In this document: positions 29,596-39,825 of the stretch, one piece after another
How positions within the stretch are numbered: position 1 is the first letter of the stretch
Layout of the letters: each line of letters begins with the position of its first letter
Source of the DNA: Thermodesulfobacteriota bacterium
GTDB lineage: Bacteria; Desulfobacterota; Desulfobacteria; Desulfobacterales; SURF-7
NCBI GenBank assembly: GCA_049320885.1
Contig: JBMORA010000033.1
Location: 1-64,000 of the forward strand
Reading direction: 5' to 3'
DNA: 64,000 nucleotides
Notes under the pieces: model-generated
Told to the model about the DNA's origin: nothing
Databases searched by the model: none
Seen by the model: the letters and a program-made list of their open reading frames with translations, nothing else
Made by a program: the position numbers and the translations under genes

Positions 29596-29730
29596 AGGCG
29601 TCCTGCCTCCTGATGGTCTTGGTGAACAGATGGAACGGCTGGCGTACGATACCGTTTCGGCCGTTTTCTTTCAAGTCAAAAAGGGAAACGGCTCCGCCCG
29701 CCTTTTGACCGGCACCCCGATGCGGTCCGG

Positions 29731-30981
29731 TTATTCTCCCGGGGGCTCCGCCTTGTCCTGGTACCGAAGCTGAATGGAGCGGATCATATCCAGGGTGTTG
29801 AAAAAGATTTCCACCAGCTCCGGATCGAACTGGGTACCGGCTCCGGCTTCAATGGTCGACAATACCTTCGCTTCCTCCCAGGCTTCCTTGTAGACCCTTG
29901 CGGAGCACAAGGCGTCATAGACATCCACCAGGGATACCACCCGGCCGTAAATGGGGATTTCATTCCCCTTTTTACCGTTGGGCCGTTGAACCGGGAAACC
30001 GGTCTCGCCCAGCCGATGCCCCCTGTCGGTATCGATATGGCCCGGGTATCCCTCGCCGTTCCACCATTCATGGTGGTTCAAGGCCACCTGGGCCGCCATG
30101 TCGTCAAAATCGGACTGCCGGTCCTGAAACAGCTGGGCCCCCAGCACCGTATGCTGTTTCATGATCTCGTATTCCGCCGCATTGAACCGCCCCGGTTTTT
30201 TCAGAATCTGATCGGAGATGGCGATTTTCCCCACATCGTGGAGCATGGCGGCCATGCGGAAGATATCGCGGTTTTTTTCGATTTCGCGGGTGTCATATCC
30301 CTGTTTGCGCGCCCATTTTTCATAGATTTCGATGGCGTATCCGCCGACACGGTTGACATGGGCGCCGGTCTCCTTGGGGTCGCGCATTTCCGCCATGCGG
30401 ATCATGCGCAGGATCATGGCGCGGGTCATCTGGGCCCGTTTCAGGGCCACGGCGGCGATGCTCGCGAAATGCATCATCATCCGTTCATCCTTGTCGGAAA
30501 AAGCCACGAAATGACCAGCCTCATCCCTGGCATTGATGATCTGAAGCACGCCGATGACGTTCCCCTTGGCGCTTTTCAGCGGCAGGGTCAATGCGGAACG
30601 GGTCACATAATGGGAGGCTTCATCGAATTTTCGGCCGAAATGATAGGGTTTTGAGCTGTCGATGGCGTACACGTCCGGAAGGTTCAAGGGCCGGCCGGTG
30701 GCGGCCACGTATCCGGCGATGCTCGTTTCGTCCACCGGTATGCTGAATATGGAATAGATCAGTTTTTCGCCCGGAGAGCATCTTTTCTGCAGGGTATCGT
30801 TCTGGGTATAATTGAAATGCAGTTCATCCCCCTCGCGGATATAAATGGAACCGGCGTCGGCGTTGACAAAACGGCGCGCCTCGGTGAGGATCTTCTCCAT
30901 CAGGATATCCAGATCCTGGACCTGGTTCAGCTCGATCCCCAGAACGGTGAGGACATCCAGTTTTTCCGCTTCACTCAACAT
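29731..30981 (-). CDS. GAF + HD-GYP phosphodiesterase
   Basis: ETGAHVNRV, LHDVGK, HHEWWNGEGYP. Confidence 0.9.
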   Translation of the reverse strand: MLSEAEKLDVLTVLGIELNQVQDLDILMEKILTEARRFVNADAGSIYIREGDELHFNYTQNDTLQKRCSPGEKLIYSIFSIPVDETSIAGYVAATGRPLNLPDVYAIDSSKPYHFGRKFDEASHYVTRSALTLPLKSAKGNVIGVLQIINARDEAGHFVAFSDKDERMMMHFASIAAVALKRAQMTRAMILRMIRMAEMRDPKETGAHVNRVGGYAIEIYEKWARKQGYDTREIEKNRDIFRMAAMLHDVGKIAISDQILKKPGRFNAAEYEIMKQHTVLGAQLFQDRQSDFDDMAAQVALNHHEWWNGEGYPGHIDTDRGHRLGETGFPVQRPNGKKGNEIPIYGRVVSLVDVYDALCSARVYKEAWEEAKVLSTIEAGAGTQFDPELVEIFFNTLDMIRSIQLRYQDKAEPPGE

Positions 30982-31042
30982 GGAAAGCCACCTGCCGGTT
31001 TATCGTGATCCACGCGGACATGATCCCGATTCCCTTTCGACA

Positions 31043-31900
31043 TCACTTGCCGCCGGAATTCATCAGCCCCCTGACGGCGGCCGGGATGTCCGCCGGCAAC
31101 AGGACGATCTTGGCATTCTGCCCGCCGGAAATCTCCTTGATCGCCTCGATGTATTTTTCCCCCAGCAGAAACATGACGGGCAGTTCGTTCTGGGCAATGG
31201 CCTCGGTCACTTTCTGAATGGCGCGCTGGCTGGCCTCGGCCAGAACCACCTGGGCCTGGGCGTCCCGCTTGGAGGCCTCCAACCGGCCTTCGGCCTGCAG
31301 GATGGCGGCCGATTTGTCCCCCTCGGCCCGGGTGACCGTGGCCCGGCGGGCCCGTTCGGCGGCGGCCTGCTCCTCCATGGCCCGCTGCATGGTTTCGGAA
31401 GGGTTGATATCCTGAATTTCCACGGTTTTCATGGTAATGCCCCAATCGGAGATGTCGTCGGAGATGGCGGTTTTCAATTTGGCCTTGATGGCGTCCCGGG
31501 AGGAAAGGGCATCATCCAGATCCATTTCGCCGATAATGGAACGCAGGGAGGTCTGGACCAGGTTTTGAATGGCGATGCGATAATCCTCGACGCCGTATAC
31601 CGCTTTTTCCGGTGACACCAGATTGATATAGGCCACCGCATTGACGATGATCACGGCATTGTCCTTGGTAATGACGTCCTGGGAGGGAATATCCAGAACA
31701 ATATCCTTGGTGGTCACCTTGTAGGCGACCATATCCATATAAGGGATCAGGATGTTCAAGCCGGGGCCCAATGTTTTGTGGAATTTTCCAAGTCGCTGGA
31801 TGACATACTTGCTGCCCTGGGGAACGATGCGGACACCGAGGGCGATGGTCACGATGACCAGAATGACGAAAACCAATACCACGACGGTGGTTCCTTCCAT
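31043..31900 (-). CDS. SPFH/band 7 (QmcA-like) protein
   Basis: RLGKFHKTLGPGL, QDVITKDNA, AERARRA. Confidence 0.9.
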   Translation of the reverse strand: MEGTTVVVLVFVILVIVTIALGVRIVPQGSKYVIQRLGKFHKTLGPGLNILIPYMDMVAYKVTTKDIVLDIPSQDVITKDNAVIIVNAVAYINLVSPEKAVYGVEDYRIAIQNLVQTSLRSIIGEMDLDDALSSRDAIKAKLKTAISDDISDWGITMKTVEIQDINPSETMQRAMEEQAAAERARRATVTRAEGDKSAAILQAEGRLEASKRDAQAQVVLAEASQRAIQKVTEAIAQNELPVMFLLGEKYIEAIKEISGGQNAKIVLLPADIPAAVRGLMNSGGK

Positions 31901-31948
31901 GAGTTTCCTCCGTTAGCGTTGAGTTGAATCAGGTTGACGGTCAAGCAG

Positions 31949-32407
31949 CTATCGGTCGCGCTTTTCCACAATGAGGGTGTTGCCGGAAATGTCCGTGACA
32001 AACACCCGGTCGCCTGTTGCCACCTCCTGGTTGCAGATGAACATCCATTCGTCCGCCCCGATCAGGGGTGCGGAAAACCGGACGACGCCCCGTTTTCCTG
32101 CCACCGGTTCACTGATCACCAGCCCCCCCTGTCCCAAAACGGCCTCCCGGGGGATTCCGGCTTTGGTATTGTCCGTCATCCGCGGTTTGATGTAGCGGAA
32201 CCAGAAAACCGCGAGACCGATCGATGCCAGTGCCCAGACCAACAATTGCCATGAAAGCTTCAGGGAGGGAAGCACCCAGAGCAGCGCCGCCACCAGCACG
32301 CCGGCAAGCCCGAACCAGAATATCGTGAAGCTGGGGATGAAGATTTCGCAGATGATCAGAATCGCGCCGAAGATCAGCCAGTGCCAGTACAGCAATTTGA
32401 ACTCCAT
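31949..32407 (-). CDS. NfeD-family protein
   Basis: WHWLIFG..EIFIPSF; C-terminal OB fold; paired with SPFH. Confidence 0.88.
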   Translation of the reverse strand: MEFKLLYWHWLIFGAILIICEIFIPSFTIFWFGLAGVLVAALLWVLPSLKLSWQLLVWALASIGLAVFWFRYIKPRMTDNTKAGIPREAVLGQGGLVISEPVAGKRGVVRFSAPLIGADEWMFICNQEVATGDRVFVTDISGNTLIVEKRDR

Positions 32408-32474
32408 GACAGGTCCTTTCCCGCAGGCGAAGCCGCAGAATAATGCCGGCTTTGCCTGTCGAACGGCCGGATGA

Positions 32475-32873
32475 TTAGCGTGTCGAAACCACCAGCCGCT
32501 GATCCATGACCTCGAGGCGCAGGAGCGTCAGCGGTTCTTTCCCGGGCCCGCTCAGCACGTCGCCCTTGGAGCTGTAAGTGGTTTTGCTGACACTGCAGCA
32601 ACGAAAATTGTCGGTCCCGGCCAGGGGATCGATCCGCCTCCCCATATGCGTGCATTTGTTTTTGATCGCCGTATATCCGCCCCGGGGATCATGGTAAATC
32701 ATCAGGCGATCCGGAAGCCCCCGGCCCTCCAGGCGAATGGCGCCATGGGGCGGATTCAGTTCGGGGGTGCGGCGCAGATCGATGGTGACTTTCCCGTCAC
32801 GGTGGTCCCAGCAGCCCGGATCAGCCGGCGGTTTGGTTTCACAGATGCCGAAAATACGCTTTAACAGGCCCAT
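32475..32873 (-). CDS. Rieske-like ferredoxin with atypical second motif
   Basis: NKCTHMG, RCCSVSKTTY, GDVLSGP..PL. Confidence 0.75.
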   Translation of the reverse strand: MGLLKRIFGICETKPPADPGCWDHRDGKVTIDLRRTPELNPPHGAIRLEGRGLPDRLMIYHDPRGGYTAIKNKCTHMGRRIDPLAGTDNFRCCSVSKTTYSSKGDVLSGPGKEPLTLLRLEVMDQRLVVSTR

Positions 32874-32908
32874 GTCCCCTCTCCAGGTGTTTGTCCATGA
32901 TGGTTCTG

Positions 32909-33766
32909 TCAGCCATCGAACTCCTCCTCCAGAAACATTTCCGCGGCCAGTCTTCCCTCGCAGATTTTGACGGCCGGTCCGCACAGGGTGACGGCATAAT
33001 CGTCCGCAATCACGAGACGGATGGTTCCGCCGGGCATATGCACCGTGATGCGGCCGTCACAAAGACCCAGGCGACGCGCAACCGCACCGGCAGCCGCGCT
33101 GCTGCTGCCGGAAGCCAGGGTATACCCGGCCCCCCGCTCCCAGATTTCAAGCCGGATGTTGGCCCGATCCAGTACTTCCATAAACTGGACATTGATTTTA
33201 TTGGGAAACATCGGGTCCGTTTCAATTGCCGGCCCCAGACGCCGCGCCTCATCCGGCAACGCCTTCGCCCGCTGGATCACACAGTGGGGATTGCCGATGG
33301 TGGCTGCGCAGAAGGTTAAGACTTCGCCTTTCACCGCAATGGATTCGTTGATTACCTCCCGGGCAGGTCCGGCCACCGGGATGTCCGGGCTGTAAAAACC
33401 GACCCGGCCCATCTCCACGGTAATCATCCGGCCCCCTTCCTGAACCTGGGACGAAACCGTCCCGCCCGGTGTGCGGATGGTAAACGGCTCGGTGCCGACA
33501 AGACATCTGTCCCAGAGGTAGCGGGAAAAAATGCGCAGCCCGTTGCCGCTTTTTTCCGCTTCACTACCGTCCGGGTTGAAGATCCGCAGCGAAAAGCCGC
33601 TGGTTTTTCCCGGCAGGGGCCCCAGCAGGATTCCGTCCGACCCGACGCCGTAATGGCGATGGCAGATACGACGAATCTGATCGGCCGTCAGCGCCTCAAT
33701 TCCCGACTCCGCCGGATCGATGAGGATATAGTCATTGCCCAGTCCGTGGTATTTGTGGAAAATCAT
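32909..33766 (-). CDS. dapF: diaminopimelate epimerase family, Ser/Ser variant
   Basis: KYHGLGND, GSDG, NPDGSEAEKSGNG, GNPH, ERGAGYTLASGSS. Confidence 0.85.
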   Translation of the reverse strand: MIFHKYHGLGNDYILIDPAESGIEALTADQIRRICHRHYGVGSDGILLGPLPGKTSGFSLRIFNPDGSEAEKSGNGLRIFSRYLWDRCLVGTEPFTIRTPGGTVSSQVQEGGRMITVEMGRVGFYSPDIPVAGPAREVINESIAVKGEVLTFCAATIGNPHCVIQRAKALPDEARRLGPAIETDPMFPNKINVQFMEVLDRANIRLEIWERGAGYTLASGSSSAAAGAVARRLGLCDGRITVHMPGGTIRLVIADDYAVTLCGPAVKICEGRLAAEMFLEEEFDG

Positions 33767-34047
33767 GGATCGTTCCGTAAACGGATGTCCGGGCGCCCCT
33801 GACGCGAGGATGGTCCGCCGCCCGCCTGAACTCTTTTCAGATATGACGGATTCTGTCACGGGAAAACCATCGGGTCAAGCAAAATGAATGCGTCCTTCTG
33901 TGGCCGCCCCATGTTTACCGTTATTAGCTATTGAAAGCGGGAACGCGCAGCGGTATGCTGGCGGCAAGGATCGTCAGCGGCCGGTTTTCGGGACAGGATG
34001 CCATCTTCCCGGAATGGCAGGTCAAACCAGGATATGCGGAAGCGGAC

Positions 34048-36906
34048 ATGAAAACGAATTTGCCGGAGGAAATCGAGCGGGAAACAGAGGACAAATGGCA
34101 GCGTCTGCTCGAGTCGGCCGGCACCGGGACAGCGGGAAAATCCATTCCGGGGGAACTGAGACAGATCCTGGCTTTTTCCAATTTCGTGGCCAACCATCTG
34201 ATCCATAAACCCGAATTGTTGCAAGACCTGCTGAATGGCGGAGATCTGGAGCGATCCTACGGGGATGGTGAATATCAGCAGCGGGCAATCGCCCTTGCGG
34301 AGCAGACGGACGATGAAACCCGCCTGGGAAACGCCTTGCGCCGGTTCCGTTGCCGGGAAATGATCCGGATCGCTTTCCGGGACTTGACCGGCCGGGCGGA
34401 ATTGTCGGAAACCATGCGGGATCTCAGTGCCCTGGCGGATGCCTGCATTGACGCCGCCATGTCGCGCCTGTATCGCTGGCTGGAGGAAAAATACGGAACC
34501 CCGGCGGACGAAAACGGTGACCATCAGCCCATGATCGTCATCGGGCTTGGAAAGCTCGGGGCCAAGGAACTGAATTTTTCATCGGATGTGGATCTCCTCC
34601 TTGCCTATCCCCGGTCCGGACAAACCCGCAATGGACCCCGCATCATGGACAATGAGGAATTCTTTCTGCACTTGAGCCGCCGTTTCCTGGCTCTTTTCAG
34701 CGCCACGTCGGAGGAAGGCCTGCTGTTCCGGGTGGATTTGCGCCTGCGACCCTTCGGAGAAAACGGGCCGCTCATCATGAGCTTCAACGCCCTGGAAGAC
34801 TATTACCAGGCCCAGGGCCGGGAATGGGAACGGTACGCCCTGATCAAGGCCAGGGTGGTATCCGGCGACAAGACAGCCGGCAAGGAAATCCTGACCCGCC
34901 TGGAGCCCTTCATCTACAGAAGGTATTTCGATTACGGCACCTTTGAGTCCCTGCGCCTGATGAAAGAAAGCATCGCCCTTGAGGTCAACCGGAAAGGCAT
35001 GCAGGACAATATCAAGCTGGGGCCAGGGGGCATCCGGGAAATCGAGTTTTTCGGGCAGGTCTTCCAGCTGATCCGCGGCGGAGTGGAACCCGAACTGAAA
35101 GAGCCCGCCATTTTGAAAGTGCTGCAACTGCTGGTGGATAAGCGCTATATCGAGCAGGCCACCTGCGACGAATTGACCGCGGCATATCGGTTCCAGCGCA
35201 ATACGGAACACCGCCTGCAGATGCGGGACGATCTTCAGACCCATCTGCTGCCGCAGCAGATGAAGGAGAAATCCCGCCTGGCCTTGGCCTCCGGCTTTGC
35301 CGCCTGGGAAGAGTTCGCCCATCACCTCTCGGTTCACATGGGCAATGTCAATCGCCATTTCAACGGTCTGCTGGCGGTTGAAGACCACGGAGCGGCGGCG
35401 GATGACCGGCTGAAAACGCTGGAGGGTCTCTGGCTGAATCTGCTGGATGCCCAGAAAGCCAGGCAGGAGCTGAAGGAAATCGGATATGACTCGCCGGACG
35501 ACATCCTGAAGGTCATCGACTACCTGCGCAATGATCCGGAAACCAGGGCCTTGAGCCCCGAAGGCCGCAAACGCCTGAACCGGCTGATCCCCATGATCCT
35601 GAAACGCGCGGCGGAATCCGGGAATCCGGGAATCGTGTTCAAACGGCTCATGGAGCTTGTCAAAGCCATTGAAAGACGCACCTGCTATATCGCCCTGCTG
35701 CTGGAAAGCCCCGAGACCATCGACCAGCTGGTCAAACTCGGCCAGGCCAGCCCCTGGATCGTTTCTTTCCTGGCGCGACACCCGGTGCTGCTGGATGAAC
35801 TCCTCGACGCCCGCAATCTGTACAAACCGCCGTCCCGGCCGGAGCTGGAGCAGGAACTCCATCTGCGCATGGCGCGGATCCCGGACCGGGATCTGGAGTT
35901 TCAGCTGGAATCCCTGTGTATTTTTAAACAGATCAATATATTGCGGGTCGCCGCAACGGACATATCCGCCGTCTATCCGCTGATGCGGGTCAGTGACCAC
36001 CTCTCGGACATCGCGGAAATCGTGATCAACCGGATATTCGATCTGGCCTGGGAACATCTGGCTGCCAAACACGGAATCCCCAGGGCGGAAATAGGGGGGA
36101 ACCCCTGCCGGACCGGATTCGCGGTGGTGGCGTACGGCAAACTGGGGGGGCTCGAGCTGGGATACGGCTCGGATCTGGATATCGTCTTTCTTCACGCCGC
36201 TTCTCCGGGCCAGACCTCCGGTGGCCCCGCTCCCACTGAAAATGTTCAGTTCTACAGCCGCATCGGACAGCGGATCATTCATCTGCTGACCGCCCCCACC
36301 CGGGCGGGGGTCCTGTACGAAATCGACACCCGCCTGCGTCCCAGCGGCAATTCCGGCCCCCTGGTCAGTCAAGTGGAAGCATTCCGGGAGTACCAGCTGA
36401 ACCAGGCCTGGACCTGGGAGCACCAGGCCCTGGTCAGGGCCCGGGTGATTTGCGGGGATGCTGATTTGGCCGGACGCTTTCAGGAAATCCGCCGGGAAAT
36501 CATCTGCCGGCCGAGGAATCGCAAGGAACTGGCGGAAGAAATCCGGAACATGCGCGGCCGCATGCGGGAAAACCTCCCGCTCCCCCCCGCCGGCATGTTT
36601 GACCTGAAACAAGGGCCGGGCGGAATCGTGGATATTGAATTCCTGGTGCAGTATCTGGTGCTGCTGCATGCCCATCAGCATCCGGAACTGGTTCGCTGGA
36701 CCGATAATGTGCGCCAACTGGAAACGCTTTCGGAAACGGGAATCATCGACCCGGCCACGGCCCTTTTCCTGAAACAGGCCTATCTGCATTTCCGGGGGGC
36801 GGTGCATCGGCTGAACCTGCAGGAAACCCCCGCCGTGGCTCCGGAAGAAGCGTTCCGGGACAACAGCCTGCGGGTCGGCGGACTCTGGCGGGAATATATC
36901 GAATGA
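34048..36906 (+). CDS. glnE: glutamine synthetase adenylyltransferase
   Basis: GKLGAKELNFSSDVDL and GKLGGLELGYGSDLD duplicated NT domains. Confidence 0.95.
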   Translation: MKTNLPEEIERETEDKWQRLLESAGTGTAGKSIPGELRQILAFSNFVANHLIHKPELLQDLLNGGDLERSYGDGEYQQRAIALAEQTDDETRLGNALRRFRCREMIRIAFRDLTGRAELSETMRDLSALADACIDAAMSRLYRWLEEKYGTPADENGDHQPMIVIGLGKLGAKELNFSSDVDLLLAYPRSGQTRNGPRIMDNEEFFLHLSRRFLALFSATSEEGLLFRVDLRLRPFGENGPLIMSFNALEDYYQAQGREWERYALIKARVVSGDKTAGKEILTRLEPFIYRRYFDYGTFESLRLMKESIALEVNRKGMQDNIKLGPGGIREIEFFGQVFQLIRGGVEPELKEPAILKVLQLLVDKRYIEQATCDELTAAYRFQRNTEHRLQMRDDLQTHLLPQQMKEKSRLALASGFAAWEEFAHHLSVHMGNVNRHFNGLLAVEDHGAAADDRLKTLEGLWLNLLDAQKARQELKEIGYDSPDDILKVIDYLRNDPETRALSPEGRKRLNRLIPMILKRAAESGNPGIVFKRLMELVKAIERRTCYIALLLESPETIDQLVKLGQASPWIVSFLARHPVLLDELLDARNLYKPPSRPELEQELHLRMARIPDRDLEFQLESLCIFKQINILRVAATDISAVYPLMRVSDHLSDIAEIVINRIFDLAWEHLAAKHGIPRAEIGGNPCRTGFAVVAYGKLGGLELGYGSDLDIVFLHAASPGQTSGGPAPTENVQFYSRIGQRIIHLLTAPTRAGVLYEIDTRLRPSGNSGPLVSQVEAFREYQLNQAWTWEHQALVRARVICGDADLAGRFQEIRREIICRPRNRKELAEEIRNMRGRMRENLPLPPAGMFDLKQGPGGIVDIEFLVQYLVLLHAHQHPELVRWTDNVRQLETLSETGIIDPATALFLKQAYLHFRGAVHRLNLQETPAVAPEEAFRDNSLRVGGLWREYIE

Positions 36907-36990
36907 TCGTCCGCCTCTTGAAAAAACGGATGGAAACAAATACGCTGCGTTCGGTAACCGTCAAACAAACGCAACCCCAAGGGAGAGGCA

Positions 36991-37998
36991 ATGGCTGAAC
37001 GAATTCTGCTGGATCACGGCAGCGGTGGCAAGATCGCCAACCGGTTGATCCGGGATCTGCTGCTTCCGGCCTTCGACGACCCGGAGCTGTCCCGTCTCAA
37101 CGACGGCGCCATTCTGGAAACGAATGGCCTGCGGATCGCCTTTTCAACCGACTCCTTTGTGGTGGAACCGCTTTTTTTCCCCGGCGGCAACATCGGCGAC
37201 CTGGCCGTCAACGGCACGGTGAACGACATCGCCATGTGCGGGGCCGTTCCGTTATACCTGAGCACCGGTCTGATCCTGGAGGAAGGCTTCGACATGGGCG
37301 AACTTTCCGTCATCGTCGACACCATGGGCCGGGCGGCCCGCGGGGCCGGGGTCCGGGTGGTCACCGGGGACACCAAGGTGGTCCCCGGGGGCGCGGCGGA
37401 TAAACTGTTCATCAACACGTCCGGTATCGGGATCATTCCGGCGGGCGTGGATATCGCGGCCCGGCGGGCCGAACCCGGTGACCTGATCCTGCTCAGCGGT
37501 ACCATCGCCGATCACGGCATGGCGGTTTTGGCCCGACGGGAAGGGCTCACCTTTGAAACCACCATCGTGAGCGATACGGCCCCCTTGAACCGGATGGTGG
37601 CCGCCATGCTGGCCGTCACCCGGAATATCCACACCCTGCGTGACCCCACCCGCGGCGGTGTCGGGGCGATCCTGAACGAAATCGCCCAGAGCGCCGGAGT
37701 GGGCATCCGGATCTGGGAGGAAAAAATTCCCCTCCGGCCGGAAGTCGGAGGGCTTTGCGAATTGCTCGGCTTCGATCCGCTCTTTGTCGCCAATGAAGGC
37801 AAACTCGTGGCTTTTGTGCCCGAGGCGGAAGCGGAAGCCGTCCTGGAGGCCATACGCCATGATCCCCTTGGGGAAAACGCCTGTATCATCGGCCGGGTGC
37901 TGGCGGATTCCCCGGGCCGGGTGGTCATGGAAACCCGTATCGGCGGGACACGTCTGATCGACACTCCCGCCGGAGAACAACTGCCGAGGATTTGCTGA
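36991..37998 (+). CDS. hypE: hydrogenase maturation protein HypE
   Basis: HGSGG, FFPGGNIG, RDPTRGG, C-terminal LPRIC. Confidence 0.97.
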   Translation: MAERILLDHGSGGKIANRLIRDLLLPAFDDPELSRLNDGAILETNGLRIAFSTDSFVVEPLFFPGGNIGDLAVNGTVNDIAMCGAVPLYLSTGLILEEGFDMGELSVIVDTMGRAARGAGVRVVTGDTKVVPGGAADKLFINTSGIGIIPAGVDIAARRAEPGDLILLSGTIADHGMAVLARREGLTFETTIVSDTAPLNRMVAAMLAVTRNIHTLRDPTRGGVGAILNEIAQSAGVGIRIWEEKIPLRPEVGGLCELLGFDPLFVANEGKLVAFVPEAEAEAVLEAIRHDPLGENACIIGRVLADSPGRVVMETRIGGTRLIDTPAGEQLPRIC

Positions 37999-38001
37999 TT
38001 C

Positions 38002-39036
38002 ATGAAACCGTTTCGCATTCCGATTTTCTGTTGTCTGTGCTGGCTGATCGCCGCCGGTTGCGGCCTGAAAAAGGAACTGGTGTTCAGCGGCAAGACCATG
38101 GGGTCGACCTATCAGGTCAAGGTGGTGGCCGGATATTTCCAGAGTGCCGGAGATCTGGCCCAGGCCATCGAACGCCGCCTGGCGGAAATCAACCAACACC
38201 TGTCCATCTATCGCAAGGACAGTGAGATCAGCCGTTTCAACCGCCATGCCGCCAGCGACCCTTTCCCGGTTTCGGACATGTTTGCCGAGATCCTGGAGAT
38301 ATCCCGGCCCTTGTACGAACTGACCGGCGGCGCCTGGGATCCGACGGTGGCGCCGCTGGTGGAACTCTGGGGATTCGGCGCCGGGGAACCCACCGGCCGG
38401 ATCCCCCCCCGGGCCGCCATTGAACAACGGATGGCCGCCGTCGGTTTCCACCGGCTTGAATTCAAGGACCGCGCGTTTATCAAAGAGCAACCGGGGCTTT
38501 CCCTGGACCTGGGCTCCGTGGCCCAGGGATTCGGGGCGGACCAGGTCGCGAAAGTCATCGAGGCGGCCGGATTCCGGGATTATCTGGTGGAAATCGGCGG
38601 AGAAGTTATCGCCTCCGGCGTCCGCCGGGACGGCACGGACTGGCGCATCGGTATCAACACCCCGGTCCAGGGCTCGCCCTTCGACAAGGTCTACAAGATC
38701 GTAACCCTGCGCAACCATGCCCTGGCCACCAGCGGCGACTACCGCAATTTTTTCGTCGTGGACGGCAAAACCTATTCCCACATCATCGATCCCCGCACGG
38801 GTTATCCGATCGCAAACGGCGTGGTCAGCGTGTCCATTCTCGCCAAAAGCTGCACCTTCGCCGACGGCCTGGCCACGGCCCTGATGGTCATGGGCCGGAA
38901 GGAAGGCCTTGCGCTGATCCGCAACCTGCCGGACGTCGAAGGGATGATCGTGGAAAGAGATCCGGACGGCCGGCTCACGGACTACTACTCTGAGGGGTTC
39001 AGGCCGGTGCCGGAAAATAAAGCAATTACAAATTAG
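38002..39036 (+). CDS. apbE: FAD:protein FMN transferase (ApbE) lipoprotein
   Basis: Lipobox AAGC, TMGS, ATSGDYRN, HIIDPRTG, ADGLAT. Confidence 0.92.
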   Translation: MKPFRIPIFCCLCWLIAAGCGLKKELVFSGKTMGSTYQVKVVAGYFQSAGDLAQAIERRLAEINQHLSIYRKDSEISRFNRHAASDPFPVSDMFAEILEISRPLYELTGGAWDPTVAPLVELWGFGAGEPTGRIPPRAAIEQRMAAVGFHRLEFKDRAFIKEQPGLSLDLGSVAQGFGADQVAKVIEAAGFRDYLVEIGGEVIASGVRRDGTDWRIGINTPVQGSPFDKVYKIVTLRNHALATSGDYRNFFVVDGKTYSHIIDPRTGYPIANGVVSVSILAKSCTFADGLATALMVMGRKEGLALIRNLPDVEGMIVERDPDGRLTDYYSEGFRPVPENKAITN

Positions 39037-39049
39037 GAATTACGAATGG

Positions 39050-39232
39050 TGGATTGAACACGCCCCGCAACCAGCCGGAATAGAATTGGTCGGTGTCGGT
39101 GCCGGCAGGAATCCGGCCCAACAGATCAAAGCCATCATCCGGGGTGACTCGATAGACCGCAAGGCCGTTGAAGGCGTCGGCTTGACGTTCTTCAGCGGCA
39201 TAGGGGTAGACCGCCATCGGAATGGCCAGCTC
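39050..39232 (-). pseudogene. fragment of a beta-propeller domain protein
   Basis: LAIPMAVY..FNGLAVYRVTPDDGFDLLGRI..RGVF resembles the Beta_propel C-terminus; no N-terminus. Confidence 0.45.
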
Positions 39233-39233
39233 C

Positions 39234-39581
39234 TTATCGTACCTGTTTGGATAGGGGGAAAACCTGAAAATTGACTTGAATGACCTGATCCGCGGACTCG
39301 TCCCGGCAGGCCATCATCAACAATTCCTTACGCAACGCCGCGATCAGCTCCTTGATGCGTTGGATCCGGCTGCCGCTGACGCCCAAGGTCAGTCCAGTGA
39401 TGTCCCGCTCAGCGGATGGATGGCGATCGATGGATTCGGCGGTGAGCCGCAGCATTTCCTTGTGAAAATTGGCAACGGCCAAGGAATGAACTTCCGGCCC
39501 GGTGGTGACTGCCTGATCGGCCTGCTGCCATTTTCCCTCCCCGTCCTGTTGGATGAGGCCGAGTTCCGCGAGCAGTTTCAA
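39234..39581 (-). pseudogene. TIGR02147/DUF4423-like C-terminal fragment
   Basis: LGLI..W..ADQAVTT..AVANFH..ERDITGLTLGV..QVNFQVFPLS. Confidence 0.65.
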
Positions 39582-39689
39582 GGTATAATAACATTATCGC
39601 CGATTGTTCCGATTCATGATACCCCTTGACCGTCATCGTCAAAGGAGGCTTGACCTCCCGGCCGGATTGGGATAGAGATTCTCCTGTTC

Positions 39690-39740
39690 CCGGCAATACC
39701 GGAAACGGGATGCGTTGCGCCCGATAATCGGTTTTGCCGG
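39690..39740 (+). ncRNA. structured 5' leader hairpin (pan-motif-like candidate)
   Basis: CCGGCAA-t-ACCG-GAAA-CGGG..CCCG-ATAAT-CGGT-t-TTGCCGG. Confidence 0.5.
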
Positions 39741-39770
39741 ATGTGATCAACCGAGTTATGCACTAGGCAG

Positions 39771-39808
39771 AAGCCACCCAGACTCCGGTCCGGTGGCTTT
39801 TTATTTTT
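39771..39808 (+). terminator. intrinsic terminator/attenuator before pabA
   Basis: AAGCCACC...GGTGGCTT followed by TTTATTTTT, 17 nt before the start codon. Confidence 0.7.
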
Positions 39809-39825
39809 GGAAACACGGGGGGAAT

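Noticed and set aside
34579..36939. Long antisense ORFs (also 11121-12602, 12917-14779, 25550-26986, 40881-42746, 54502-55911)
   Set aside because: Shadow frames of well-supported GC-rich genes.
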